Shown here piece by piece: positions 26,668 through 36,347 of a stretch of 64,000 nucleotides of DNA. Every line of letters starts with the position of its first letter. Positions within the stretch are counted from its first letter, which is position 1. Under the pieces are notes generated by a model that did no database searches, was not told the origin of the DNA, and was given only the letters and a program-made list of their open reading frames with translations. The position numbers and the translations under genes are program-made. Source of the DNA: an uncultured Nitrososphaerales archaeon (lineage in GTDB: Archaea > Thermoproteota > Nitrososphaeria > Nitrososphaerales > Gagatemarchaeaceae); the NCBI GenBank assembly GCA_963706445.1, contig OY970160.1, positions 1,280,001 through 1,344,000 of the forward strand, written 5' to 3'.

Positions 26668-27882
26668 CTAGTTGTAGGCTTCTTCACCGTGCTGGCTCAT
26701 GTCCAGTCCCGTCTCTTCATCCTCGGCGCTGACTCTGAGCGGAGTGATGAAGTTGATGATTTTCAGCAGGAAGTAGGAGCCGAAGAAAGCGAAGCCGCTG
26801 ACGACTGCTATGGCGAAGACTTCGGTCCCAAGGAAAGCTGGGTTTCCAGCGAGAGCCCCGTTTACTCCACTCACGGCTGCTGTGGCGAAGATTCCAGTGG
26901 CCACGACCCCCCACATGCTCCCCGCGCCATGGCATGCGAAGACATCCAGAGAGTCGTCGAATATGTTGCGGCTGGTCCTCCAGTTGGATACGAAGTTCGA
27001 AGCGATACCAGCTCCTAGGCCTATTATCATGGATGAGGACGCTGTCACATAACCCGCCGCTGGCGTTATGGCCACAAGGCCAGCCACGGCGCCGATGGAG
27101 ATTCCAATCGCCGAAGGCTTACCTTTCCTAGACCAGTCGACTAGCATCCAGGTGACCGCAGCCGCGGCGGCAGCAAGGTTGGTGTTCACGAGGGCCTGGA
27201 CGGCTATATTGTTGGCGGCGAGGGCGCTACCGCCGTTAAACCCGAACCAACCGAACCAGAGCATCGCCGCGCCAAGGATAACGAAGGGGACGTTGTTTGG
27301 CCTGACCTCGTCAGACCTCTTGATGCCTGTCCGTTTCCCTAAGACGATCGCAGCCGCGAGCGCGGACACACCGGCCGATATGTGGACCACGAGCCCCCCC
27401 GCGAAGTCTTCTACCCCCATGTTCGCCAGCCAACCCCCGGGTCCCCAGACCCAGTGGGCGATGGGCGCGTAGATGAAGGTCACCCAGGCGACGGTGAATA
27501 TCAGAAGCGCCTTGAAGCGGATCCTCTCGGCGAAAGCCCCGATGATCAGGGCAGGGGTGATGGCCGCGAACTTGAGTTGGAATGCGAAATACTCTAGCTC
27601 CGGGATAACCTGGCCCGGAAGCGGGTTGTACCCTACGTTGTTCAGGCCCACTTTGGATAGGTCTCCGATCACCCCGTTGACGGAAGGGGCGAAGACCTCG
27701 CTGTACCCCCATAGCGCCCACACGAGGCTCACTACGGCGAATATCGTGAGCGTCTGGACGATAGTTGAGATGAGGTTCTTCCGTCGGACAAGGCCGCCAT
27801 AAAAGAAACCAAGGGCCGGAGTCATCAGCATGACCAAGGCGGTGGCGACGAGGACCCAGGCCACTGCGCCAGAGTCTAACAC
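26668..27882 (-). CDS. amt: Ammonium transporter
   Basis: FFYGG, FQLKFAAIT, DFAGGLVVH, WFGWFGFNGGS, DDSLDVFACHG. Confidence 0.97.
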   Translation of the reverse strand: MLDSGAVAWVLVATALVMLMTPALGFFYGGLVRRKNLISTIVQTLTIFAVVSLVWALWGYSEVFAPSVNGVIGDLSKVGLNNVGYNPLPGQVIPELEYFAFQLKFAAITPALIIGAFAERIRFKALLIFTVAWVTFIYAPIAHWVWGPGGWLANMGVEDFAGGLVVHISAGVSALAAAIVLGKRTGIKRSDEVRPNNVPFVILGAAMLWFGWFGFNGGSALAANNIAVQALVNTNLAAAAAAVTWMLVDWSRKGKPSAIGISIGAVAGLVAITPAAGYVTASSSMIIGLGAGIASNFVSNWRTSRNIFDDSLDVFACHGAGSMWGVVATGIFATAAVSGVNGALAGNPAFLGTEVFAIAVVSGFAFFGSYFLLKIINFITPLRVSAEDEETGLDMSQHGEEAYN

Positions 27883-27961
27883 TCTAAGCTCCCAGCTCGC
27901 CCGACGTCAATTTGGGGTATTTAGCCCGATGGGTCGATTCTCGGACTTGGAATTCGCCTTT

Positions 27962-28606
27962 TCAGTCCCGGCCTGTCTTCTCGAGTATCATCCTGATGGT
28001 CCCGGGGTGGAGCTCCTCCTTCGTCACTGCATACCCATAGCCGCCGATGATCGCCTTCAGGAACTCCGCTGAGCACTCGGTCGTCGACATCGCCTTCCCA
28101 GCGCCGACGACATCCACTTCGAGGTACCCGGTCTTCAGCCTGGTCAGGCCGAAGTGCTTGATGGGTATAAAGAAACCGAAGTCCTTTGCTAGCGGGTTCA
28201 GGTCTTCAATGTCCTCTGCAGCCATCTTCAGCAGGCCCACCAGCGACGTGCCGAGGTTCCTGAACTTCTCCTTGGTCGACTTCGAGTCTGCTTTGTACTG
28301 CAGCTCGATCAGCACTTCGACGAAATCGCTCGGGAGGGTGATGACGTCCACCTGCCTGAGGATCGAAAGGACCCGCCAGATCTTGTAGAACTCTTCCGGA
28401 TTTCCCCCCTCCTGGGAGATTTTGGTTATGGCCGAAAGTGACTCGTTGGCGAAGGCGAAAAGGGTCATCTTGCGCCTGTCCGCCTCGGCGGCGAATTCCT
28501 CGAAGACCTCCTTGTCGATGGAGAGGTTCGTCCGGACCATACCCCTTCGGGTCAGAACAGGAGATTTAATCGTTGGCGCTAAGCTGTCAGGGTTGTTCTT
28601 CTTCAT
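27962..28606 (-). CDS. Putative regulator: N-terminal ribbon-helix-helix plus V4R/HNOX-like C-domain
   Basis: RTNLSIDKEVFEEFAAEADRRKMTL fits RHH; C-terminal F..LG...C.AEFLKAIIGGYG pattern. Confidence 0.6.
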   Translation of the reverse strand: MKKNNPDSLAPTIKSPVLTRRGMVRTNLSIDKEVFEEFAAEADRRKMTLFAFANESLSAITKISQEGGNPEEFYKIWRVLSILRQVDVITLPSDFVEVLIELQYKADSKSTKEKFRNLGTSLVGLLKMAAEDIEDLNPLAKDFGFFIPIKHFGLTRLKTGYLEVDVVGAGKAMSTTECSAEFLKAIIGGYGYAVTKEELHPGTIRMILEKTGRD

Positions 28607-28611
28607 CTACT

Positions 28612-29280
28612 TCAAGCAGAGGCCCCGAGGGTCCTGATCTCCTTGCAGCACTCCCTGACGCTTTCCTCCCCCACCCCGGCCGCTTCGGCGACCTCGGCCT
28701 GGGTGACGTTCTCTCCCATGCTGCAGCAGGCGATGTAGAGCGTCGCCGCGGCCAGGGTCATGGGGTTCCTTCCCCCCAAGCCTTTGTCAGACAGGTTGTG
28801 GATTATCTCCTGAGACAAGTGCATGGCATCCTCCGAAACGGGCTGCTTCAGCAGGAGCCGGCTGACATAGCCTCTGCTGTTCATCTCCGGCCTTGAGATG
28901 TTCATGTTGTCGAGGATCTGGAGGTAGCACCTGCCGATGTCCCTCCGGTGAGAACCACTGGCGTTGGCGAAGTCGCGAATGGTTAGGGGAGTGTTGTTCT
29001 CTCTGCAGGCTACATAGAGAGCCGCTCCCGCCAGCACCCCATGGGGGACCTTGTGCCTCAGCTGCGCGTTCCTGGCCTCGGAGATTATGGTCAGAGCCCG
29101 GCGGCTCACCTTCGTTGTCAGTTTCAGCTCAAACGAAATCCTGTCCAGCAGGTCCAAGGTCTCTTTTTCCAATCCGTGTCCGGGTGTCCTTTCATGGAAG
29201 CGGGCAGTCTGTTTCATAGCGAACCCGGCATGTGGAGAATTCGGGGTTCCGTAGTCATAAGCCAATCCGTATGGATGCAC
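28612..29280 (-). CDS. TFB/TFIIB paralog with core cyclin folds only
   Basis: LAGAALYVACR...PLTI, GRNPMTLAAATLYIA, VTQAEVAEAAGV; no Zn-ribbon, and an in-frame stop lies shortly upstream. Confidence 0.9.
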   Translation of the reverse strand: MHPYGLAYDYGTPNSPHAGFAMKQTARFHERTPGHGLEKETLDLLDRISFELKLTTKVSRRALTIISEARNAQLRHKVPHGVLAGAALYVACRENNTPLTIRDFANASGSHRRDIGRCYLQILDNMNISRPEMNSRGYVSRLLLKQPVSEDAMHLSQEIIHNLSDKGLGGRNPMTLAAATLYIACCSMGENVTQAEVAEAAGVGEESVRECCKEIRTLGASA

Positions 29281-29341
29281 GCAAATGCACGGATGGCTAC
29301 ATAACCCCTACGGCAGCTGAACAAGAACCAGGTCGAAGAGG

Positions 29342-30937
29342 GTGTCGGAGGACAAGCCTGCTGATCAGCCGAGGCGCGCGAGCCGCTACCTGATGACGCG
29401 CAAGGGCTACCTGCACCCGATGAAGACCTACACCTGGATTACGCTCTTCGTCACCGGGTTGATGTCCGCTCTTTGGTTCGTCGTTGGGATAGGCCCCAGC
29501 GCCCAGGGGAGCATCCCGCCGGTCTTTTCCTTCGGGGCCTCGGACCTCTACTTCCACTCGATCGCGATCGGATTGGCTTCGCTGCTGGTGATATTCGTAG
29601 TGATAGTCTTCGAGATCGACAAGTATGAACCGAACGTCGATTTCCCCATCGCCTACAGAGCTACCCTGGCGACGATAATTGGTGCCGTCGGAGGATTCCT
29701 GTATCTAAGGCCGGTTTTTCACACGTGGTTCGCCCCCCTGCCTCTGGGGCTGATCTTCCTGGGGCTGCTTCTCCTGGCGGACGTCGGAGGGGCGCTCCTG
29801 CTCGAGCTCTACCTGCTTCCGGGCAAGATATCCGGAAGGTACGACTCTACAAAGAACGTCATCGGAATGATACCCCGCTGGAGCAACCTGCCAAAGTGGG
29901 CTGACTTTCGGAAGATGGACGGGACATACTGGCTCACGCTCACGACAGTCTCCGCCACTTTCATAGCCGGCGTGATGGGATTCATAGTGTTCTGGCTCCA
30001 ATACTTCGTGATCGACTTCGGCGTCTCGTCGTCAATGTTCAACGGCTACATCGCGTGGATGGGCGGCGCCGCCACGTTCTTGGGCGGAGCAATGGGGTCC
30101 CACTCTCACGTCATCGGGATCACTCTGATAATTGGCGTCGTGGCCGTGACTGCGAGACGGTTCGGCGTGCTCAGCCTGGGGGGGTCCAGGGGGAGGCTCG
30201 CAAAGGCAGGTCTCTGGGTCAGCGGAATCGGTATCGCGGTGATGACCGCCACGTTCATCATCGAAGGGTTCACTCAGGTGTGGCCCAACGGTCCGCCCCT
30301 GCTCTTCGCGAGCAACCCGGGGGGACCTCTGCAGCTCTACTCGTTTAGCGCCACCAACGGAATGGCCAGCGACGACAGTACCATGTTCCTCGCAAGCCTG
30401 GGCGCAATGATAATGCTGGTCCCGCTGATGCTCACTACAATCAGGGGGAAACCTGCTTGGAAGGACCCGATCAGGCTGGCGGTCCTCGGGACCTGGATTC
30501 TTGCCTACATCGCTACGCCAATCGAAGGGTTCGTGATCGAGTTCAACGAGTCGTCATATCATGGGACCCCTCTCGACATCGTCTTCGGGAACGAGCAGTA
30601 CTTCGCCCTGTTCGGGATAGCCATGGTCGCAACGGCGTTCCTGGCGGTCGACTTCTTCCAGGAAGGGACAGGCTCAAGGAGATCCATCGCCTGGTTCGGG
30701 ATGCTGATCACCACATTTACGGTAATAGCGGGCCTTGCGTACACCTACATCGACTCCGGGGTACTTGCATCGGACGGCTCACTGGCAGTAACGACAACTG
30801 GCTGGGTCTACACCATCGGACTGGCCCTGATATCGGTTGTCCTGGTGGCGGCCGTCGTATCTGTATACCGGGGCTCTGAGGAAGCGAACCCGACCCCCCA
30901 GGCACCGCCGGCGGTGGTCCTCCCTGCCAAGGGGTAG
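29342..30937 (+). CDS. Membrane protein of about 12 TMs, possible divergent heme-copper oxidase superfamily member
   Basis: Three 4-helix units; His in YFHS and HSH motifs. Confidence 0.6.
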   Translation: MSEDKPADQPRRASRYLMTRKGYLHPMKTYTWITLFVTGLMSALWFVVGIGPSAQGSIPPVFSFGASDLYFHSIAIGLASLLVIFVVIVFEIDKYEPNVDFPIAYRATLATIIGAVGGFLYLRPVFHTWFAPLPLGLIFLGLLLLADVGGALLLELYLLPGKISGRYDSTKNVIGMIPRWSNLPKWADFRKMDGTYWLTLTTVSATFIAGVMGFIVFWLQYFVIDFGVSSSMFNGYIAWMGGAATFLGGAMGSHSHVIGITLIIGVVAVTARRFGVLSLGGSRGRLAKAGLWVSGIGIAVMTATFIIEGFTQVWPNGPPLLFASNPGGPLQLYSFSATNGMASDDSTMFLASLGAMIMLVPLMLTTIRGKPAWKDPIRLAVLGTWILAYIATPIEGFVIEFNESSYHGTPLDIVFGNEQYFALFGIAMVATAFLAVDFFQEGTGSRRSIAWFGMLITTFTVIAGLAYTYIDSGVLASDGSLAVTTTGWVYTIGLALISVVLVAAVVSVYRGSEEANPTPQAPPAVVLPAKG

Positions 30938-31025
30938 ACCACCCCAACCACTCCCATTCTCAGTGCGGAGAATCGTATCTTGCGTTTATACCGCCGGGTC
31001 GAACCCTAACCTGTGCGGGTAGGAA

Positions 31026-31538
31026 ATGGCGAAGATAGACCCCCATAGACCCCTCTGGTACAGGAGGTATCGAGGCGCGGCGTATCTCAGCGCCTTCGCG
31101 GCACTCGTGTGGACAGTAGTGATAGTGATCCCTTCGAGGCCCTTCTCGTATCTCCCCCCGATCATAGTCGGCGGGGGACCAGGGATCTGGTTCGTCCTTG
31201 CCTACTTGCTTTTCATAGTAGTAGGGATCGGGGGGTTCGGCGCGCTCTCTTCTTTCCTCACGACGGTCGAGCTGCACGAAAACCGTAGCGTAGACCCGAG
31301 GACAATGTGGCCGGCCATAATCCTGCTCTCGATAGGGGTGACAGGAAGCTGCCTGCTCCTTGCGCTTGCGGGCGCCGTGGGCGGCTATGCGGCGACCTTC
31401 CAGACGTCGTCGGCCCAGTCCATCGACAGCATACTCCTACCGTACGTCAACCCCATCACGGCGATGACGCTGATAGCTGTCATAGGCGCCTCCCTAGCGG
31501 TCCTCTCGTTGGTACGCGCTAGGTGGCCCTCCCCTTGA
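31026..31538 (+). CDS. 4-TM hypothetical membrane protein
   Basis: Four hydrophobic helices; IIVGGGPGIWF..AYLLFIVVG motif. Confidence 0.75.
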   Translation: MAKIDPHRPLWYRRYRGAAYLSAFAALVWTVVIVIPSRPFSYLPPIIVGGGPGIWFVLAYLLFIVVGIGGFGALSSFLTTVELHENRSVDPRTMWPAIILLSIGVTGSCLLLALAGAVGGYAATFQTSSAQSIDSILLPYVNPITAMTLIAVIGASLAVLSLVRARWPSP

Positions 31539-32473
31539 AGGGCGGCCTGAACCCGAAGGCGCTGGCGGCCGGGACGGCCTTGATCTTCATCCTCTCACTT
31601 GTGACGGGGGCTTGGGCCACCGCCCCGCTGGCGAGCACCCCTGCGCCAGCATATCCGAACTCGTCCTGGGCCCTCGGTGTCGTCGTCCCCGAAGGGGCCG
31701 GGCTGCAGTCGGGAGGAAAGGTGCATTGGGAAGTGACGAACGACGTCACGGCGGACGTGATTCTACCGAACATCACGGTCCCTGACAGGATAGTGTACGC
31801 TGTGATGTCTGTAATGACGACCGATGGGTACGTGCTCCAGGCCGCCGCAGGGACGTCCCCCACTGACAGGGTCTGGCTCGCTTTCGCCTGGTCAATCGCG
31901 ACCTCCGACCCGTCCAATCCTGTGTACAACTGGGTCCTGAACGCGACAGCACCAGACATGTCTCCGAACTCCACGGTCACCATGTCCATCTTCCAGGCGG
32001 CAGGAAGCTGGGAAGTGAGGGTGACAGACGCAGATACGGGGGCATATGTCTCCCGGGCGTTCCCCGCTGGGATTTCACAATCCTTGAAGGTCGGGGACCA
32101 GGAGGTATTTGCCCTCGAGTCGTACTCCAGGACGGCGGCGACCTTCGAGTACATGGGGAACCTGACCCTCGGCTCGATTTCTCTGGACGGCCAGAAGGTG
32201 GTCTCGGGGACGTATGCCTACGGCTCCTGGGACCCGGACCACAACCCCGTTTTTGTCGTAGGGAGCTCGGGACAGAACCCTCCGGGATTCATCTACATCG
32301 GCGAGGGTCCGTTGGGCTCTTACTTCTGGGACTACGCAGCTGTGTGGAAGTTAGCAGGGGACCCCATCGGCGCCCTGGCTGAGATTCTAATCGTAGTCGG
32401 AGTCGTCTGCGCCGTCGCAGGTGCGGCCGTCGCCTTCAGACTGGCGCGGCGGCCGGCTGGCTCTGCTTCCTGA
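31523..32473 (+). CDS. Secreted, C-terminally anchored beta-sandwich protein (G1 glutamic peptidase-like)
   Basis: Signal peptide; NSSW, DGYVLQAAAG, FALES; C-terminal TM plus RR. Confidence 0.6.
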   Translation: MALPLKGGLNPKALAAGTALIFILSLVTGAWATAPLASTPAPAYPNSSWALGVVVPEGAGLQSGGKVHWEVTNDVTADVILPNITVPDRIVYAVMSVMTTDGYVLQAAAGTSPTDRVWLAFAWSIATSDPSNPVYNWVLNATAPDMSPNSTVTMSIFQAAGSWEVRVTDADTGAYVSRAFPAGISQSLKVGDQEVFALESYSRTAATFEYMGNLTLGSISLDGQKVVSGTYAYGSWDPDHNPVFVVGSSGQNPPGFIYIGEGPLGSYFWDYAAVWKLAGDPIGALAEILIVVGVVCAVAGAAVAFRLARRPAGSAS

Positions 32474-33893
32474 AGACGTAGTTCTTGGCTGTCAGGGCGA
32501 GGACGACGACGGCCAGCATGCAGGCTATGCCCAGGTAGAACACGTAGTCGTAGGCCGCAGACGCGGGGAACCGCATGGGACCCCCCGGGGTCGATGCCGT
32601 CACATAGTAGGTGCTCATGATTGTGGTAGCCACGACCGGCCCGATGGCGCCGCCGATGTTCCTGAGCATGGTGTTAAGACCGAGTCCGGTGGCGACCGTC
32701 TCCATGGGGAGAGAGACGCTGACCATGTTCACTATCGGGATGATGATGCCCACTGCGCCGACGAGGGAGACAGCCGTGTCGACCATGACGTCTGTGCTCG
32801 TCCCCCTGTTGAAAATGAAGAGGACGAACCCGATTATTGCGATGATGCCGCCCAGGACCATGGCGGGCTTGGGACCGTTCCTTGCGACGAGCCTGCCGAG
32901 CAGGGGCCCGCCGACGAGCATCAGGACGGTCGCCGGGGCGATGGTGAGCCCCGCAGATATCACGTCAAGGTTGAGGCCAGGGACGCCAGGATTGGGGAAC
33001 TGGCCGCTGAAGGGCAACTCCGTGTAGAAGATGACAGCGAAGAAGAGCATGAACATGCCTATGCCGGACAGGATTCCGGTCATGTTCGCCACGAGCACGT
33101 TCCGGATTCTGAGGAGATGGAGGGGTATCAGGGGGTTCGACTTCCTGCTTTCGGCCACGAAGAACGCGATGGTCAAGCCGGACCCGAGCGCGAGCGCCCC
33201 GAGATTGTATGCGTCTGTCCAGCCGACATAGGGGCCTTCGGTGAGATATAGCAGAAGCAGGGAGACACCCGTCATCAGCAGGATCACGGTCTGGTAACCC
33301 ACCTTCCGCCTCGAGCCGGGGTGCCCTGTGGGGAGGAACCTGGCCACGACGGCGAAGAGCACGACGCTCAGGATGAAGGCCGAGTGGAAGGCCCACTGCC
33401 ATCCGAGGTCCTGGACGACATAGGAGCCGATTATCAGCCCGAGGGCGGCGCCGATGGCGAAAGTCGCGCTTACGATCCCCTGGGCCGTCGCTATCCTCTC
33501 CCTGGGGAATGTCTCTGCGATAATCGCCAGAGCGAGGGGGACGACGGCGAAGCCGATCCCCTGGATGGCCCGGGCGGCGATAAGGAAGTAGATCGAGTTG
33601 GAGAAGCCGGCTATGCCGACCCCGGCTGTGTAGAAGACGAGCGCAATCAGGAACATGCGCTTCTTCCCGTAGCTGTCGCCTAGCTTGCCGAAGAGAGGCG
33701 AGACGGCGCTCCCCACTACGAGGAACGCTGAGGTGATCCAGGATACGAGGCTCTCTGTAGTGCTGAAGTCCCTCTGTATGATGGGGACCCCCGGTATGAC
33801 CATGGTCTCTACGTAGTTCAGGAGCAGCGCGACACCAACCATCGCGAGTAGGGCCCTCATCTGGTGGCTGGTCGTCCCCGTCTGGACGGGCAT
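32436..33893 (-). CDS. MFS transporter (DHA2-like, 14 TM)
   Basis: GKLGDSYGKKR, ARAIQGIG, ETFPRE. Confidence 0.93.
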   Translation of the reverse strand: MPVQTGTTSHQMRALLAMVGVALLLNYVETMVIPGVPIIQRDFSTTESLVSWITSAFLVVGSAVSPLFGKLGDSYGKKRMFLIALVFYTAGVGIAGFSNSIYFLIAARAIQGIGFAVVPLALAIIAETFPRERIATAQGIVSATFAIGAALGLIIGSYVVQDLGWQWAFHSAFILSVVLFAVVARFLPTGHPGSRRKVGYQTVILLMTGVSLLLLYLTEGPYVGWTDAYNLGALALGSGLTIAFFVAESRKSNPLIPLHLLRIRNVLVANMTGILSGIGMFMLFFAVIFYTELPFSGQFPNPGVPGLNLDVISAGLTIAPATVLMLVGGPLLGRLVARNGPKPAMVLGGIIAIIGFVLFIFNRGTSTDVMVDTAVSLVGAVGIIIPIVNMVSVSLPMETVATGLGLNTMLRNIGGAIGPVVATTIMSTYYVTASTPGGPMRFPASAAYDYVFYLGIACMLAVVVLALTAKNYVFRKQSQPAAAPV

Positions 33894-34410
33894 GGGCGGG
33901 GCTTGTTGCAAACTTCGACGAGCCAGCTGAACCGCCGATATAAAGGACTCAGGGTCAGGAATAGACGGATATGATGGCCCTGAAATGGGCCCTGGAGGTA
34001 CGCACCTCGCCACCAGACAGGGATTGGATGATAAGTCTGCCTTCCTCTCCGTCTAGAGATCTCAGCCTCTCTCCGATGGGGACCCCCCTGGTGGCTGACA
34101 TCGACTCCAGAAGGTTGGAGAATGAGTCGGGCTCGGGCCACGTCGTCCTCTTCCCGACCGTATCAAGCACTTCCCAGGTCAGCGGCCGGCCTTCGAGGGC
34201 TCTCCCAGGCCCAGGTGAAACCGCAAAGCGGGCACGCCCTTTGATCTCGAGCCCTGCTGCCTTCTGGACGAACCCTTCCCCCGCCATGGGTGTATCCGAT
34301 CCAGAGCTGCTGGACGGAAGTCATATCGCGTGAGGATGGTCCCGTCTTATAGAGCGTTGCCGACATTATGTAGCGACAAGATGTCACTACGCCATGTCAC
34401 TGAAGGCCTA

Positions 34411-34995
34411 CTACGCCAACTTGGTCATGGTGGCCAGCCAGGCGTAACCTCCTTCCTCAAGGTGAAATGCCTCGAACCTGGCGGGAACTATGGAGTCGAC
34501 TTCCCACCCCTTGCTGAAGGTGTTTTGGATCTCTTCCCTTGTGACGCGCCGTGGGCCTCCCCAGTCGGCCGGCTCTCTTTCGCTGAAGCAGAGCAAGAAG
34601 TACCTTCCCCCAGGTTTCAATGCCTCGCCAAGGCTCGCGGCGAACTTCCACCTCTCCCGGTCTGAGAAGGTGTGAAAGAGGCCGCAGTCGGTGGCGGTGT
34701 CGAAAACCCTCTTCAGCGAGGGCAGGTCCAGGGCGTCCGCCTCCATGAACTCCGCCGTGGACCCTCGTTCGTTTGCCTTGACCTTGGCTTTCGCGATGGC
34801 GAGGGGTGCCGAGTCGACCCCGAGGACGCTGAGCCCCTTCGACGCGAACATCATCGCGTTTTCTCCAGTCCCGCAGCCGAGGTCTATGACTTTGCCCCTG
34901 ATCTTCCCCGAATCGGCCAGCCTTACGAACTCCCCTTGCGGGCGCCCGATGTCCCAGGGCGGGGTCCCGAGGTATGCGGAGCTGAAGAAGCTCAT
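34411..34995 (-). CDS. Class I SAM methyltransferase (TPMT/TehB-like)
   Basis: PPWDIGRPQ, IDLGCGTG, DCGLFH. Confidence 0.92.
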   Translation of the reverse strand: MSFFSSAYLGTPPWDIGRPQGEFVRLADSGKIRGKVIDLGCGTGENAMMFASKGLSVLGVDSAPLAIAKAKVKANERGSTAEFMEADALDLPSLKRVFDTATDCGLFHTFSDRERWKFAASLGEALKPGGRYFLLCFSEREPADWGGPRRVTREEIQNTFSKGWEVDSIVPARFEAFHLEEGGYAWLATMTKLA

Positions 34996-34999
34996 CCCA

Positions 35000-35908
35000 C
35001 TACACTCCACTTCGGAGGGAGTCTGCAAGCAGCTCGATCATTTCGACGTTTTCAGGGACGAGGGTCTGGAAATAGATCCTCTTCACTCCAGAGTCTTCCT
35101 TCTCGGCCACCTTCACGAGGAACTCTTCGACGGTGCCGCAGGGGGCGTCTCTTGCCCTCAGGCGCGCAAGGATGTCGGTTGGACCGGGGTCCTCCCCCAG
35201 CTTGGCGCCCTGGAGCCTAGCATACTCCTCGAGCTTCTCCTTGTTTTTGGCGATCAGGTAGGGCCCCATTTCGGTGAGTTCAACCTTGCGCCCGTCTGAC
35301 GCGCCGTCGAGGACCGGGCGCAATTGGGTGATCTCGTCCTTGGCCATCCTGAAGAAGTTCCATTCGTCCGCGAACCTCCCTGCGAGCCTCACTACGGGCT
35401 TCGTCCTCCCTCCGATGATGAGATGCATGCGACCCGAAGGTCTTGGCAGGCAGTCGGTGTGCGCGGAGTAGTGCTCGCCGTCGTAGTCCACTCTCCCCGA
35501 CCTTATCATTGCCGAGATGATCTCCACGGCCTCCTTGAACTCCCCGACCCGCGTCTTGAAATCCGGGAATTCGTATCCGTGGGCCCGGTACTCGGCCTCG
35601 TACCATCCTGCTCCGATGGCCAGCTGGAGCCTGCCCCCAGAGAACGAATGGACTGTGCAGGCCATTTTCGCGAGTAGAGCGGGGTTGCGGAAGCCGACGG
35701 GGGTCACCATGGGACCGAACCTTATCCTGCGGGTGGCGGCGGCGATGACTCCGAGGCTGGTCCAGCACTCGGGGGAGTCGATGCCCCTCCTGTCGTCGGT
35801 GGGGAGGATATGGTCGGAGCGGAACAGGTATCCGAACCCCAGCTCCTCGGCTCGCTTCGCCGTGTCCACCAGCTGGGCCATGCTCATCCCCAGCTGAGGT
35901 TCGAGCAT
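35000..35908 (-). CDS. LLM-class (probably F420-dependent) oxidoreductase
   Basis: EPQLG, FRSDH, FRNPALLAK, SGGRLQLAIGAGW; first strand may extend to CTG at 35938. Confidence 0.9.
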   Translation of the reverse strand: MLEPQLGMSMAQLVDTAKRAEELGFGYLFRSDHILPTDDRRGIDSPECWTSLGVIAAATRRIRFGPMVTPVGFRNPALLAKMACTVHSFSGGRLQLAIGAGWYEAEYRAHGYEFPDFKTRVGEFKEAVEIISAMIRSGRVDYDGEHYSAHTDCLPRPSGRMHLIIGGRTKPVVRLAGRFADEWNFFRMAKDEITQLRPVLDGASDGRKVELTEMGPYLIAKNKEKLEEYARLQGAKLGEDPGPTDILARLRARDAPCGTVEEFLVKVAEKEDSGVKRIYFQTLVPENVEMIELLADSLRSGV

Positions 35909-36067
35909 TATTCCGCACTCTTTGATGGAGATGGTCAGACGAAGTGTCCCTGGTCAACCTGGTCCGGCAGTAGTTAATATCTGTCAGGAGACCTGGGAAT
36001 GAGCGATCATCTAGTTTGTGATCAACCTGCTCGTGAGAATAAATAGCTCCGGAACCTGACGGACCAA

Positions 36068-36298
36068 GTGCATAAGTCGCAGATAGCGGGGGCGATAATG
36101 ATCTTGATTGGAGCCCTGGTCCTGATCCTGCTATCAAGCTTCATCGTGAATGTCATCGTCACCCTTCTTGAGCTCCTCGCCGTCATCGTCGGGGTTGTGC
36201 TCGTCCTCGGGGGGATAGCGATGCTCATCTTCGGAAGGAGGTTCTGGGGTCGAAGGGGGTGGAGCTGGGGCCCTCCCCCGCAGACTACCGACGCGTGA
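36068..36298 (+). CDS. Small two-TM hypothetical protein
   Basis: Strongly hydrophobic; ataaat TATA-like element about 25 nt upstream. Confidence 0.65.
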   Translation: MHKSQIAGAIMILIGALVLILLSSFIVNVIVTLLELLAVIVGVVLVLGGIAMLIFGRRFWGRRGWSWGPPPQTTDA

Positions 36299-36347
36299 CC
36301 GAGTTAGGCAGATAGCGTAAATACGCTCGGAAAGGCGGGAATTCCAC

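Noticed and set aside
26668-27882. amt as evidence of ammonia oxidation
   Set aside because: Amt is widespread and no amo genes are in the window.
33955-34387. Overlapping ORFs on both strands between the MFS and methyltransferase genes, one with CPLCG
   Set aside because: No recognisable family; cannot decide which frame, if any, is coding.
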